Origin: Acetobacteraceae bacterium | Lineage (GTDB): Bacteria > Pseudomonadota > Alphaproteobacteria > Acetobacterales > Acetobacteraceae | Reading direction: 5' to 3' | Length of the DNA stretch: 64,000 nt | Assembly: GCA_030037175.1 (NCBI GenBank) | Contig: JASHRV010000394.1 | Span: 2,975-66,974 of the forward strand | Shown: positions 28,894 to 37,850 of the stretch, piece after piece | How the letters are laid out: every line of letters begins with the position of its first letter | How positions within the stretch are numbered: the first letter of the stretch is position 1 | Translations under genes and position numbers: made by a program | Notes under the pieces: model-generated | Database searches by the model: none | Told to the model about the DNA's origin: nothing | Seen by the model: only the letters and a program-made list of their open reading frames with translations

Positions 28894-30198
28894 ATGAGTG
28901 GTCAGACCAACGGGCGCGACCCGGAAGTCCCAACGCTTGGGGAAGTGCTCGCAAACCCGGCGCTGTGGCTCATGGGCGGCTTCGGTTTCGCCTCGGGCCT
29001 GCCGCTGCCACTCTCCGGCTTCACGCTTCGGCAATGGTTTGCCGAGGGCCATATCTCGCTCGGGGCTATCGGACTTACGGCCGATATCGGCCTCGCCTAT
29101 TCGTTGAAGTTTCTCTGGGCGCCGCTCCTCGACCATGCGGCCCCGCCCGGCCTCCTTGCGCGCTTCGGGCGAAGGCGTGGCTGGCTGCTCGTCATCCAAC
29201 CGCTGCTGGCATTGGCGGTCGTGCTCCTCGCCCTTTCGCAGCCGGCCGTGGCGCCGGCAGCCGCAGCGGGCGCGGCCGCGCTCGTTGCCTTCCTTTCGGC
29301 GAGCCAGGACATCGTCATTGATGCCTGGCGCATCGAGACCTTTCCCCAGCGCCTGCAGGGTGCCGCCATGGCCGCCTATGTCTGGGGCTATCGCGCGGCG
29401 TTGCTGATCTCGGGCGCCGGCGCGATCGCGCTCGCCACCCCCTGGGGCTGGCATCTTTCCCTCCTCTTGATGGCGGTCCTCGGCGCCATCGGCATCCCAG
29501 TGACGCTCGCGGCGCGCGAGCCCGCGCCTCCCGCGCACCAACCCTTCATCCGCCAAAGCCTCGGCCAGCGCATTTCCGAGGCGCTGATCGCGCCGCTCTC
29601 CGAGTTCATGTCCCGGCCTGGCGCCGTCCCGATCCTGGCTTTCGTGGTCTTGTTCCGGTTGGGCGAAGCGATGGCCGGCGTGATGCTGCCCCCCTTTTAC
29701 CGCGCGCTCGGGTTCGATCGCGTCGCGGTCGCCATCGCCAACGGCCCGGTATCGCTCGCTGCGGTCCTCGTCGGTGCCGTTATCGGCGGCTGGCTGGTTG
29801 CGCGGCTCGGCACCGGCCGGGCGCTTCTGCTCACCGGCTGGGTGCAGACGCTTTGTCTGGCAATGTATGTGCTGCTCGCTTACTCGGCCGGCGACCATCG
29901 GGTGCTGCTGGCAACCTCGGCCGTCGAGTCCTTCACCGAGGGCCTCGCGGATGCGGCCTTCATCACCTACCTCTCGAGCCTCTGCTCACGTGCCCACACG
30001 GCAACGCAATACGCGCTTCTTTCCTCCGTGGCGGCGCTCGCCCTGCGCACGGTCGGCGGCCTCTCGGGTTTCCTCGCCGCGGCTGCCGGATGGAAGCTTT
30101 TCTATTCGCTCACGACCTTCGCCGCGTTCCCGGCCATGGGGGTCATGATCTATCTCCTCCGCCGCTTTCCTCCGGAGCCGGCGCCGAAGCCTGCCTGA
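28894..30198 (+). CDS. ampG: AmpG-family muropeptide MFS permease
   Basis: About 12 TM helices with AmpG-like motifs (GFASGLPL.L...TL..W, KFLWAPLLD, SQDIVIDAWRIE). Confidence 0.85.
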   Translation: MSGQTNGRDPEVPTLGEVLANPALWLMGGFGFASGLPLPLSGFTLRQWFAEGHISLGAIGLTADIGLAYSLKFLWAPLLDHAAPPGLLARFGRRRGWLLVIQPLLALAVVLLALSQPAVAPAAAAGAAALVAFLSASQDIVIDAWRIETFPQRLQGAAMAAYVWGYRAALLISGAGAIALATPWGWHLSLLLMAVLGAIGIPVTLAAREPAPPAHQPFIRQSLGQRISEALIAPLSEFMSRPGAVPILAFVVLFRLGEAMAGVMLPPFYRALGFDRVAVAIANGPVSLAAVLVGAVIGGWLVARLGTGRALLLTGWVQTLCLAMYVLLAYSAGDHRVLLATSAVESFTEGLADAAFITYLSSLCSRAHTATQYALLSSVAALALRTVGGLSGFLAAAAGWKLFYSLTTFAAFPAMGVMIYLLRRFPPEPAPKPA

Positions 30199-30326
30199 TG
30201 CAGGAACCTTGCCGCCGCGAAAGCCAAATACCTAAGAAAATCTCCTGCTGAGGGAGAGAATGTAAAAAAATTCTTTTTGAGCGGGAAGGATTGCCATTCC
30301 GGGGAAAATTCTTTTCTTTCCCGGGT

Positions 30327-31169
30327 ATGCTCACCTTTCCGGCCACAGCCAGTCTTGTTCCTCCTCCCTTCGCTCCCGGCTCGGTCTGGCTGGTCGGGGC
30401 CGGCCCCGGCGATCCGGGCCTTCTCACGCTCCACGCCCTGGCAGCGCTGGAATCGGCGGATATCGTCCTCCATGACGCCCTCGTCGCCCCGGAGATCCTG
30501 GCGCTCGCCGGCCCCAACGCGCGGCTCGAAGCGGCCGGCAAGCGCGCCGGCAAGCCCGGCCGGGCCCAGCTCGCCATCAATGAGCGGCTGATCGCGCTCG
30601 CCCGCCAGGGCCTTCGGGTGGTCCGGCTCAAGGGCGGCGACCCGCTGGTTTTCGGCCGCGGCGGAGAGGAGGCGCTGGCGCTCGCCGCCGCCGGCATCCC
30701 GTTCCGCATCGTCCCCGGCATCAGCGCCGGCGTGGGCGCGACCGCCGCCGCCGCCATTCCGCTCACCCATCGCGGGCTCGCCCATGCCGCCATCTTCGTC
30801 ACGGGCCATGACCGGACCGGCGGGCTTCCCGCCGATCTCGACTGGGCCGCGCTCTCGCGCGCCGCGCCTGTGATCGTCCTCTACATGGCGCTTGCCACGA
30901 TCGGGCCGATCGCTTCCGCGCTGATCGCGGCCGGGCGAGACCCGGCCGAGCCGGTTGCCTTTCTCAGCAACGCCACCACGCCGCGCCAGCGTGTCCGCCG
31001 CACCACGCTCGCGAACGCGGGCGCCGTCGCCGCCAGGATCCCGCGCCAGGAGCCGACCCTCATCATCCTCGGCCCAACCGTCGGCCTCTCGGATCTGCTG
31101 GGCCCGCTTCACGAGGCGGCGCCGATGCGCCTCATCCCGCCACCCCAAGCCCGCGCCGCGAGCGCCTGA
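30327..31169 (+). CDS. cobA: Uroporphyrinogen-III C-methyltransferase (sirohaem branch)
   Basis: VWLVGAGPGDPGLLTL, RLKGGDPLVFGRGGEE and PGISAG motifs. Only the methyltransferase domain is present. An alternative start lies at 30291. Confidence 0.88.
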   Translation: MLTFPATASLVPPPFAPGSVWLVGAGPGDPGLLTLHALAALESADIVLHDALVAPEILALAGPNARLEAAGKRAGKPGRAQLAINERLIALARQGLRVVRLKGGDPLVFGRGGEEALALAAAGIPFRIVPGISAGVGATAAAAIPLTHRGLAHAAIFVTGHDRTGGLPADLDWAALSRAAPVIVLYMALATIGPIASALIAAGRDPAEPVAFLSNATTPRQRVRRTTLANAGAVAARIPRQEPTLIILGPTVGLSDLLGPLHEAAPMRLIPPPQARAASA

Positions 31170-31177
31170 GGCCGCTC

Positions 31178-32998
31178 ATGTCCCATTCCTTGCTGCTGCC
31201 CGCGAATGCTCCCTTCGGCCCCGACGAGATCGCGGCGCTCAACCGTGCCCTCGGCGCGGCGAGCCCGACGCAGCGCGCCTGGCTTTCAGGCTTCCTCGCC
31301 GGGGCGGAGGCCGCGAATGCCAGCGCGAATGCCTTGGCCCAGCCGGCACCGGCCGCAGCGGCGCAGGCTGCCCCGCGGGCGCCGCTCCTCATTCTGTTCG
31401 CAAGCGAATCGGGCAACGCCGAGGCGCTCGCCGCCGATGCCCGCCGCGCGGCGCAAAAACTCGGTTTCGCGCCGAAGGTCCTGGACATGGCGGACGCGAG
31501 TCCTGCCGATCTCGCGCGGGGTGGAAACGCGATCATCATTGCCAGCACTTGGGGCGAGGGTGATCCGCCGCAGCGGGCCGAGAACTTCGTCTCCGCGCTG
31601 CTGGCCGAGGACGCGCCTCGTCTCGAAACCCTCCGCTATGCCGTGCTCGCGCTCGGCGATCGTGCCTATGCCCGCTTCTGCGAGACGGGACGGCGGATCG
31701 ACGAGCGGCTGGCGGCACTCGGCGCCGCGCGGCTCGCCGAGCGGATCGAATGCGACCTCGACTATGCCGGGCCAGCCGCCTCCTGGATCGAGAAGACCCT
31801 CCCCGCCTTCGCCCCGCCCAACGCCGAGCCCGGTCCCGGGCTCAGTCCCCCGGGCACCTCAGCGGGCGCCCCAGGGGGCGCTGATGTGATCCATGTCGAT
31901 TTCGCCCGCAATCCGTTCGGCCCGACGAACCCGTTTCCTGCCGCCCTCGTCGAACGGACGAATCTCCGCTCGAGCCGCGCCGACGGCGAGGCGTTCCATA
32001 TCGAGATCGATCTGGACGGTTCGGGCTTCGCCTGGGAGCCGGGTGATTCGCTCGCCTTCCATCCGCGCAACGATCCCTCGCTCGTGAAGGAGATTCTTTC
32101 GGCGGTCGGGCTGGCCGGCGACGCGGCGCTCGACGAGACGCTCACCGGCGAGCGCGACATCACGACGCTGACCCTGCCGCTGGTCGCGAAGTACCAGCAG
32201 ATCACGTCCGACGCCGAGCTCGAAAAACTCCTCGCCGAGCCCGCGCGCGTCGAGAAATTCCTCGCCGGCCGCCAGCCGCTCGATCTTTTCGAGGATTTCC
32301 CCCACGCCCTCGCGCCGGAGGCGCTGAGCGGCCTCTTCAGGAAGCTGCCGCCGCGCGCCTATTCCATCGCTTCGAGCCGCAAGGCCACGGCAAGCGCGGC
32401 TCATCTTCTCGTTGCCGCGGTGCGCTATGAGAAGCACGGCCGTGCCCGTTCCGGTGTCGCCACGATCGATCTCGCCGAGCGGCGGGATCTCGGCGGCAGG
32501 CTTCCCGTCCATCTCAAGCCGAACCCGCGCTTCCGCCTGCCTGCCGATCCGCGCACGCGCGTGATCATGATCGGGCCGGGCACGGGTGTTGCCCCCTTCC
32601 GCGCGTTTCTCCAGGAGCGCGAGGCGATCGGCGTGAGTGGCGGTTCCTGGCTCTTCTTCGGTCATCGCCGCTTCACGCACGACTTCCTCTATCAGCTCGA
32701 ATGGCAGGAATGGCTGAAGAGCGGCATCCTGGAGCGGATCGACCTCGCCTTCTCGCGCGACCAGCCCGAGAAGATCTACGTCCAGGACCGCATGTGGGAG
32801 GCACGGCGCGATCTCTATGCGTGGATCGCCGAGGGCGCGCATCTCTATGTCTGCGGCGACGCCAAGGCGATGGCGCGCGACGTGCATGCCGCTCTGCTGC
32901 GCATCATCGCCGAGCAGGGTGCGTGTGACCCCGCCGAAGCCGAGGCGCGCCTTGGAGAAATGGTCCGCTCCGGGCGCTATCTGCGGGACGTTTACTGA
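31178..32998 (+). CDS. cysJ: Assimilatory sulfite reductase (NADPH) flavoprotein subunit
   Basis: Flavodoxin module (ILFASESGNAE.., STWGEGDPP) plus an FAD/NADPH module (RAYSIASS, GPGTGVAPFR, YVCGD, ending YLRDVY). Confidence 0.88.
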   Translation: MSHSLLLPANAPFGPDEIAALNRALGAASPTQRAWLSGFLAGAEAANASANALAQPAPAAAAQAAPRAPLLILFASESGNAEALAADARRAAQKLGFAPKVLDMADASPADLARGGNAIIIASTWGEGDPPQRAENFVSALLAEDAPRLETLRYAVLALGDRAYARFCETGRRIDERLAALGAARLAERIECDLDYAGPAASWIEKTLPAFAPPNAEPGPGLSPPGTSAGAPGGADVIHVDFARNPFGPTNPFPAALVERTNLRSSRADGEAFHIEIDLDGSGFAWEPGDSLAFHPRNDPSLVKEILSAVGLAGDAALDETLTGERDITTLTLPLVAKYQQITSDAELEKLLAEPARVEKFLAGRQPLDLFEDFPHALAPEALSGLFRKLPPRAYSIASSRKATASAAHLLVAAVRYEKHGRARSGVATIDLAERRDLGGRLPVHLKPNPRFRLPADPRTRVIMIGPGTGVAPFRAFLQEREAIGVSGGSWLFFGHRRFTHDFLYQLEWQEWLKSGILERIDLAFSRDQPEKIYVQDRMWEARRDLYAWIAEGAHLYVCGDAKAMARDVHAALLRIIAEQGACDPAEAEARLGEMVRSGRYLRDVY

Positions 32999-33729
32999 TG
33001 TCCGCGCTGCCGCCCAACCCAGCCCAGCTTCCGGCCGCCGCGGAGGCCGCGCGCCTCAACGAACGCTATGGCGAATGGGACGCCGCCGCGCTCCTCGATC
33101 TCGCGATCGGCCGGCTCTTCGCGGGACGCATCGCGCTCGTCTCGTCCTTCGGCGCGGAGTCCGCGGTGCTGCTGGCACTCGCCGCCGACATCGATCCGGC
33201 GGTTCCGGTGATCTTCCTCGATACCGGAAAACTTCATCCCGAAACGCTCGCCTATCGCGACATCCTCACCGCCCGCCTCGGCCTTCGCGACGTGCGGAGC
33301 GTCGGCCCCGATGCGGCCGCGCTCGCCCAAGAAGACCCCGAGGAGTGGCTCTGGAGCGACGATCCGGATCGCTGCTGCCATCTTCGAAAAATCGTGCCGC
33401 TGGAGGCGGCGTTGCGCCCTTTTTCCGCCTGGATCACCGGCCGCAAGCGCTACCAGGGCGGCACGCGCGGGGCGCTCGCCGCCTTCGATGCGGACACGGC
33501 AGGGCGGATCAAGCTCAACCCGCTCGTGGCCTGGAAGCCCGCGGACATCGTCGCTTTCCTCGCCGCACGGGGCCTGCCCCGGCACCCGCTCCAGGCCAGG
33601 AACTTCCTTTCCATCGGCTGCATTCCCTGCACGCGCGCCGTGCGGCCCGGCGAGGACGCGCGCGCCGGCCGCTGGCCGGGCCGCGCCAAGACCGAATGCG
33701 GCATCCACCTCTCTCTCATGAGTGAATGA
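32998..33729 (+). CDS. cysH: Phosphoadenylyl/adenylyl-sulfate reductase, Fe-S cluster type
   Basis: SFGAES, a CC pair (DRCCHLRK), a CxxC (GCIPCT) and the KTECGIH C-terminal motif. The start overlaps the cysJ stop. Confidence 0.9.
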   Translation: MSALPPNPAQLPAAAEAARLNERYGEWDAAALLDLAIGRLFAGRIALVSSFGAESAVLLALAADIDPAVPVIFLDTGKLHPETLAYRDILTARLGLRDVRSVGPDAAALAQEDPEEWLWSDDPDRCCHLRKIVPLEAALRPFSAWITGRKRYQGGTRGALAAFDADTAGRIKLNPLVAWKPADIVAFLAARGLPRHPLQARNFLSIGCIPCTRAVRPGEDARAGRWPGRAKTECGIHLSLMSE

Positions 33730-35378
33730 CCATGCCGACCCAGGACTCACCCCTGTCGAGAAACGAGACCATCAAGCGCGAGAGCCATCTCCTGCGCGGC
33801 GGGATCGAGGACGGGCTTGCCCGGAAGGTCACCGGCGCGATCGAGGAGGACGACACCCAGCTCCTCAAATTCCATGGCACCTACCAGCAGGACGACCGCG
33901 ACCTTCGTCCCGAGCGCGGCAAGCGCAAGCTCGAGAAGGCTTTTTCCTTCATGGTGCGCGTGCGCATCCCCGGCGGCGTGCTTACGCCCGCGCAGTGGCT
34001 CGCGCTCGACGCCATCGCCCGGGACTACGGCAACGGCACGCTTCGCCTCACCAGCCGCCAGAGCGTGCAGCTCCACGGCGTGCTGAAGAGCAACCTGCGT
34101 ACCGTCATCGCCGCAATTGCCGCCGCGGGCCTCGATACCCGCGCCACCTGCGGGGACGTGAATCGCACCGTGATGTGCACCACCGCGCCCCTGCCCTCCG
34201 GCCTGCATGCCGAGGTCCTGGCGATCGCAACCGCCATCAGCGAACATCTGCTGCCGCAGAGCTCCGCCTATGACGAACTCTGGCTCGGGGCCGAGGCCGC
34301 CACGGACGCGGACGCCGAGTCGATCTATGGCCCCACCTACCTGCCGCGCAAATTCAAGATCGGCCTCGTCATTCCGCCGGTGAACGATGTCGATGTGCTG
34401 TCCCAGGACCTCGGCTTCATCGCCGTCGTCGAAGGCGGCGCGCTCGCGGGCTTCACCGTGACCGCCGGCGGCGGGATGGGTGCCACGCATGGCGAGCCCG
34501 CGACCTATCCCCGCCTCGCCGAGCCGTTCGGCTTCTGCACGCCGGACCAGGCCGTTTCCGTCGCCGAGGCCGTGTTGCGCACCCAGCGCGATCACGGCGA
34601 TCGTTCGGACCGCAAGCATGCGCGCCTGAAATACACGATCGCGGACCACGGGCTCGCGTGGTTCCGGAACGAGGTCGAGGCCCGGCTCGGCCGGCCTCTC
34701 GCTCCGCCGCGTCCGTTCGCGTTCACCCACACCGGTGATCGCTTCGGTTGGACCGCCGATCTGAGCACGCTCACGGTGCTCGTGCCCGGCGGACGGATCG
34801 CTACCGGTGACGCCACGCCGCTTGTCGAGATCGCGCGCCGCCACAACGGCACGTTCCGCATCACGCCGAACCAGAACCTCGTGATCGCCGGGATCGCGCC
34901 CGATCAGCGCGGCACGATCGCCTCTCTCATCGCGGGCTCGAATCTCGACCCTCGGCCGACGCCGCTTCGGGGCGGCGCGATGGCCTGCGTGGCGCTGCCC
35001 ACCTGCGGCCTGGCGCTGGCCGAGAGCGAGCGCTACCTGCCCAGGCTCGCGGCCGATATCGACGAGCTCCTCGCTCGCTCGGGGCTCGCCGAGGCCGAAA
35101 TCCTGCTCCGGGTCAGTGGCTGCCCGAACGGCTGCTCGCGCCCCTACCTTGCCGAAATCGGCCTGGTCGGCCGCGCCCCCGGCCGCTACGACCTTCATCT
35201 CGGCGGGGGGCATGACGGGGCTCGCCTTGCTCCCCTTTACAGGCAGAACCTCGATCACGACGACATCCTCGGCGCGTTGGCGCCCCTCTTCGGCGATTAC
35301 GCCGAGGAGCGGCAGCCCGGCGAGAGGTTTGGCGACTTCGTCCGGCGCAAGGGCTATACCGCCTCTCCCGGTGACTGA
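33726..35378 (+). CDS. cysI: Assimilatory sulfite reductase hemoprotein subunit
   Basis: LLKFHGTYQQDDRD, two nitrite/sulfite reductase repeats, and the sirohaem/4Fe-4S cysteines (ACVALPTCGLA.., SGCPNGCSRP). Confidence 0.92.
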   Translation: MTMPTQDSPLSRNETIKRESHLLRGGIEDGLARKVTGAIEEDDTQLLKFHGTYQQDDRDLRPERGKRKLEKAFSFMVRVRIPGGVLTPAQWLALDAIARDYGNGTLRLTSRQSVQLHGVLKSNLRTVIAAIAAAGLDTRATCGDVNRTVMCTTAPLPSGLHAEVLAIATAISEHLLPQSSAYDELWLGAEAATDADAESIYGPTYLPRKFKIGLVIPPVNDVDVLSQDLGFIAVVEGGALAGFTVTAGGGMGATHGEPATYPRLAEPFGFCTPDQAVSVAEAVLRTQRDHGDRSDRKHARLKYTIADHGLAWFRNEVEARLGRPLAPPRPFAFTHTGDRFGWTADLSTLTVLVPGGRIATGDATPLVEIARRHNGTFRITPNQNLVIAGIAPDQRGTIASLIAGSNLDPRPTPLRGGAMACVALPTCGLALAESERYLPRLAADIDELLARSGLAEAEILLRVSGCPNGCSRPYLAEIGLVGRAPGRYDLHLGGGHDGARLAPLYRQNLDHDDILGALAPLFGDYAEERQPGERFGDFVRRKGYTASPGD

Positions 35379-35393
35379 ACCTCTGGAGAGCCA

Positions 35394-36407
35394 ATGACCG
35401 CCCGCCTGCTCGAGCGCTTCGCCCGCACGAAGCTCGGTTTCTTTCCCTCGCCCGTTCATCCGCTGCCGCGGCTTTCGAAGGCGCTGGGCGTCGAGATCTG
35501 GGCCAAGCGGGACGATGTCTCCTCCGGGCTCGCCTTCGGCGGCAACAAAATCCGAAAGCTGGAGTTCCTCGCCGCCGAGGCGCTCGCCAATGGGTGCGAC
35601 ACGCTGGTCTCGATCGGCAACATCCAGTCCAATCACACCCGTCAGGTTGCGGCGGTGGCGGCCGCGCTCGGGATGCGGGCCGTGCTCGTTCAGGAAACCT
35701 GGACCGAATGGCCCGACGAGGCTTACGCCACAACCGGCAATATCCTGCTCTCACGCATCGTGGGTGCCGAATGCATCCTCGAGGGACGCGGCTATTCGAC
35801 CGCGGTGAAGGAAACCTGGGAGGAGGCGATCGAATCGGTGAAGCGGCAGGGCGGCAAGCCTTATGCGGTCCCGGCCGGCGCCTCCGACCATCCGCTCGGC
35901 GGCCTCGGTTACGCCGCCTTCGCCGAGGAGCTCGCCCACCAGGAGGAGGAGCTCGGCTTTCGCTTCGATACCGTCATCACCGCCACCTGCACGGGCTCCA
36001 CGCAAGCCGGCATGATCGTTGGGTTTCGCGCGGAGGCGCGGGACCGCCGTGTGATCGGCATGGACACCGCGGCCGATGCCGCGATGACGCGAGCGGCCGT
36101 GACGAAGATCGCCCGCGCCACCGCCGATCTCATCGGGCTGAACCGTGCGATTCGCGATGAGGACGTGCTCATCGACCCCCGCTTCGCCGGGCCGGCCTAC
36201 GGCCTTCCCGATGCCGCGACCATCGATGCCATCCGCATGGCCGGCCGCCTCGAGGGCATGCTCACCGATCCGGTCTATGAGGGAAAATCGATGGCCGGCC
36301 TCATTGCCATGGCGCGCAACGGCGAGCTTCCTGCCAAGGGCAAGGTGCTCTACGTCCATCTCGGCGGCGCGCCTGCGCTCAGCGCATACCACAGCGCGTT
36401 TGCCTGA
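35394..36407 (+). CDS. acdS: 1-aminocyclopropane-1-carboxylate deaminase
   Basis: GGNKIRKLEF (PLP lysine) and SIGNIQSNHTRQVAAVAA. LTDPVYEGKSM and LYVHLGGAPALSAY carry the Glu and Leu that distinguish AcdS from D-cysteine desulfhydrase. Confidence 0.85.
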   Translation: MTARLLERFARTKLGFFPSPVHPLPRLSKALGVEIWAKRDDVSSGLAFGGNKIRKLEFLAAEALANGCDTLVSIGNIQSNHTRQVAAVAAALGMRAVLVQETWTEWPDEAYATTGNILLSRIVGAECILEGRGYSTAVKETWEEAIESVKRQGGKPYAVPAGASDHPLGGLGYAAFAEELAHQEEELGFRFDTVITATCTGSTQAGMIVGFRAEARDRRVIGMDTAADAAMTRAAVTKIARATADLIGLNRAIRDEDVLIDPRFAGPAYGLPDAATIDAIRMAGRLEGMLTDPVYEGKSMAGLIAMARNGELPAKGKVLYVHLGGAPALSAYHSAFA

Positions 36408-36474
36408 TCTGGATCAACGCGAGAAGCCCGTCCGCGCCTCTAATTTTGTAACGTTCCCCGGCAGGAAAGCGCCC

Positions 36475-37044
36475 ATGCAGGTCCCGGTCCAGATCACCTT
36501 CCGCAATATCGCGTCCGCGCCCGCCGTCGAGGCGTTGATCCGCGAACATATCGAATCGCTCGAACGTTTTTGCGGGCGGATCGTTTCATGCAACGTGGTC
36601 GTGGAAGAGAGCACAAGGCGCCAGCACCAGGGCAAGCTCTACCATTTACGCGTGAACCTCGCCGTTCCCGGCCGCGAGATCGTCGTCAAGCGCGATCCCT
36701 CGGCGCATCACGCTCATGAGGACATTCTGGTTGCCGTGCGCGATGCGTTCGATGCCGCCCGGCGCCAGCTCGAGGATTACGCGCGCACGATGCGCGGCGA
36801 TGTCAAGACGCATGAAACGCCAGATCATGGCTATGTGGCTCGTCTTTTCCGAACGCAGGGTTACGGGTTCATCCGTTCAAGCGAAGGGGACGAGATCTAC
36901 ATGCACCGCAACGCCGTGCTCGGAAAGGGTTTCGATGCGCTCGTGGAAGGCGAGCAGGTCCGCTACGTCGTCCAGGAGGGCGAAGGAGAGAAAGGCCCGC
37001 AGGCCAGCACCGTGATCCCTCTCGGAAAGCATCACCCTGCGTGA
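36475..37044 (+). CDS. HPF/RaiA (ribosomal S30AE)-like domain fused to a cold-shock domain
   Basis: The N-terminal ~100 aa resemble S30AE/HPF (MQVPVQITFRNI..). The C-terminus has CSD motifs GYVARL..QGYGFIRS..GDEIYMH. Confidence 0.75.
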   Translation: MQVPVQITFRNIASAPAVEALIREHIESLERFCGRIVSCNVVVEESTRRQHQGKLYHLRVNLAVPGREIVVKRDPSAHHAHEDILVAVRDAFDAARRQLEDYARTMRGDVKTHETPDHGYVARLFRTQGYGFIRSSEGDEIYMHRNAVLGKGFDALVEGEQVRYVVQEGEGEKGPQASTVIPLGKHHPA

Positions 37045-37046
37045 AA

Positions 37047-37215
37047 GCAGAATAAAGAGCCTTCTTTTTCTGAAGAAAAAGAAGCAAAAAGACTTTTATC
37101 CGTTTTCCGGACCTCCCCGCCCCTCGGGACTCCGAACGACGGACGAAAACGGACAGCGGATAAAGGTTCTTTGGTTCTTTCTTTCAAGAAAGAACATCCT
37201 TACACCCTCTGAAAT
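37047..37215 (+). repeat. Intergenic composite-hairpin element, copy F
   Basis: CTTCTTTTTCTGAAGAAAAAGAAG hairpin, CCGGACC..GGGACTCCGAACG core and GTTCTTTCTTTCAAGAAAGAAC hairpin. It fills the convergent gap 37045-37214. Confidence 0.88.
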
Positions 37216-37709
37216 CAGGGCTTCTCCTTTTCCTCTTGTTCTTCGTCTTCCTCGCCCTCTTCCTCATCATCCTCGTCGTCTTCGTCGTCATCCTCATCGT
37301 CCTCATCGTCTTCGTCATCCTCGTCCTCGTCGTCATCCGAGAGCGAGTAGCCAAGACGATCGAGAGCGTTCTCGATCGCGTCGGTCGCGACCAGGATGCG
37401 CGCCAGCTCGGAGACAGCCTCGTCGGCCGCCACCGCTTGCGCCTGCGCAACCGCCTGATCCCAGGAATCGTCGGCAAGCTCGCCGCTGCCGATGGCGGCA
37501 AGCGCGAGGAGCTCATAAACCTCCTCGGTGGTGAGGTCGTCGAGCATGATCGTAAGCTCGCTGTAGCCGGGAAGGGCGGCAACGTCTTCCCCCGTTTCAC
37601 CGCCCTCGGTCTCGACCTCGCTCTCGTCCGCCTCCTCGGCCGACGTGCTCCCGACCAAGGATGCCTGTTCGAGCAGCATGGTGATTCTATCCATCGGCAC
37701 GGTCAGCAT
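37215..37709 (-). CDS. DUF3775-like protein with a ~45-residue poly-Asp/Glu C-terminal tail
   Basis: Strong SD GGAGGAG lies 5 nt before the ATG at 37709. LDDLTTEEVYELLALAAIGSG..W.....A and ..ALDRLGYS resemble DUF3775. The tail is SDDDEDEDDEDDEDDEDDDEDDEDDEEEGEEDEEQEEKEKP. Confidence 0.7.
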   Translation of the reverse strand: MLTVPMDRITMLLEQASLVGSTSAEEADESEVETEGGETGEDVAALPGYSELTIMLDDLTTEEVYELLALAAIGSGELADDSWDQAVAQAQAVAADEAVSELARILVATDAIENALDRLGYSLSDDDEDEDDEDDEDDEDDDEDDEDDEEEGEEDEEQEEKEKP

Positions 37710-37850
37710 GACGCTCCTCCCCGTCTCGGGTCCGGAAAACGTGGAAACCTCGGGCGGGACCGTCGCGCGCACATTGATCCCGATCAAGGGCGGCGGCGGG
37801 CATCCCGCTCAGTTTTTACATTTGTGTCACATCCGGCCCGGCTTCGTCAG

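Noticed and set aside
30240-30330. Possible seventh, degenerate copy of the repeat family between ampG and cobA (AAAAAAATTCTTTTTGAGCGGGAAGGATTGCCATTCCGGGGAAAATTCTTTTCTTTCCCGGG)
   Set aside because: It shares only AT-rich character and a TTTCCCGGG fragment. It has no core CCGGACC..GACTCCGAACG and no clear hairpins, which is too weak to call by eye.
33747-35636. 629-aa minus-strand ORF antisense to cysI
   Set aside because: This is a typical high-GC shadow ORF (Arg/Gly/Ala/Glu/Asp-rich, no recognisable motifs), fully covered by a strongly supported gene. The same reasoning applies to 2889..3860, 4069..5217, 7051..8379, 17066..19225, 19877..21826, 21964..23439, 28411..29898, 37236..38930, 39704..41044, 43801..45093, 46378..47802, 52696..53985, 58451..59164 and 60552..62183.
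37230-37360. Short-period tandem repeat that could be mistaken for a microsatellite or CRISPR-like array
   Set aside because: The period is 3 nt, in frame with the minus-strand gene, and it encodes the poly-Asp/Glu tail. There is no spacer/repeat structure.
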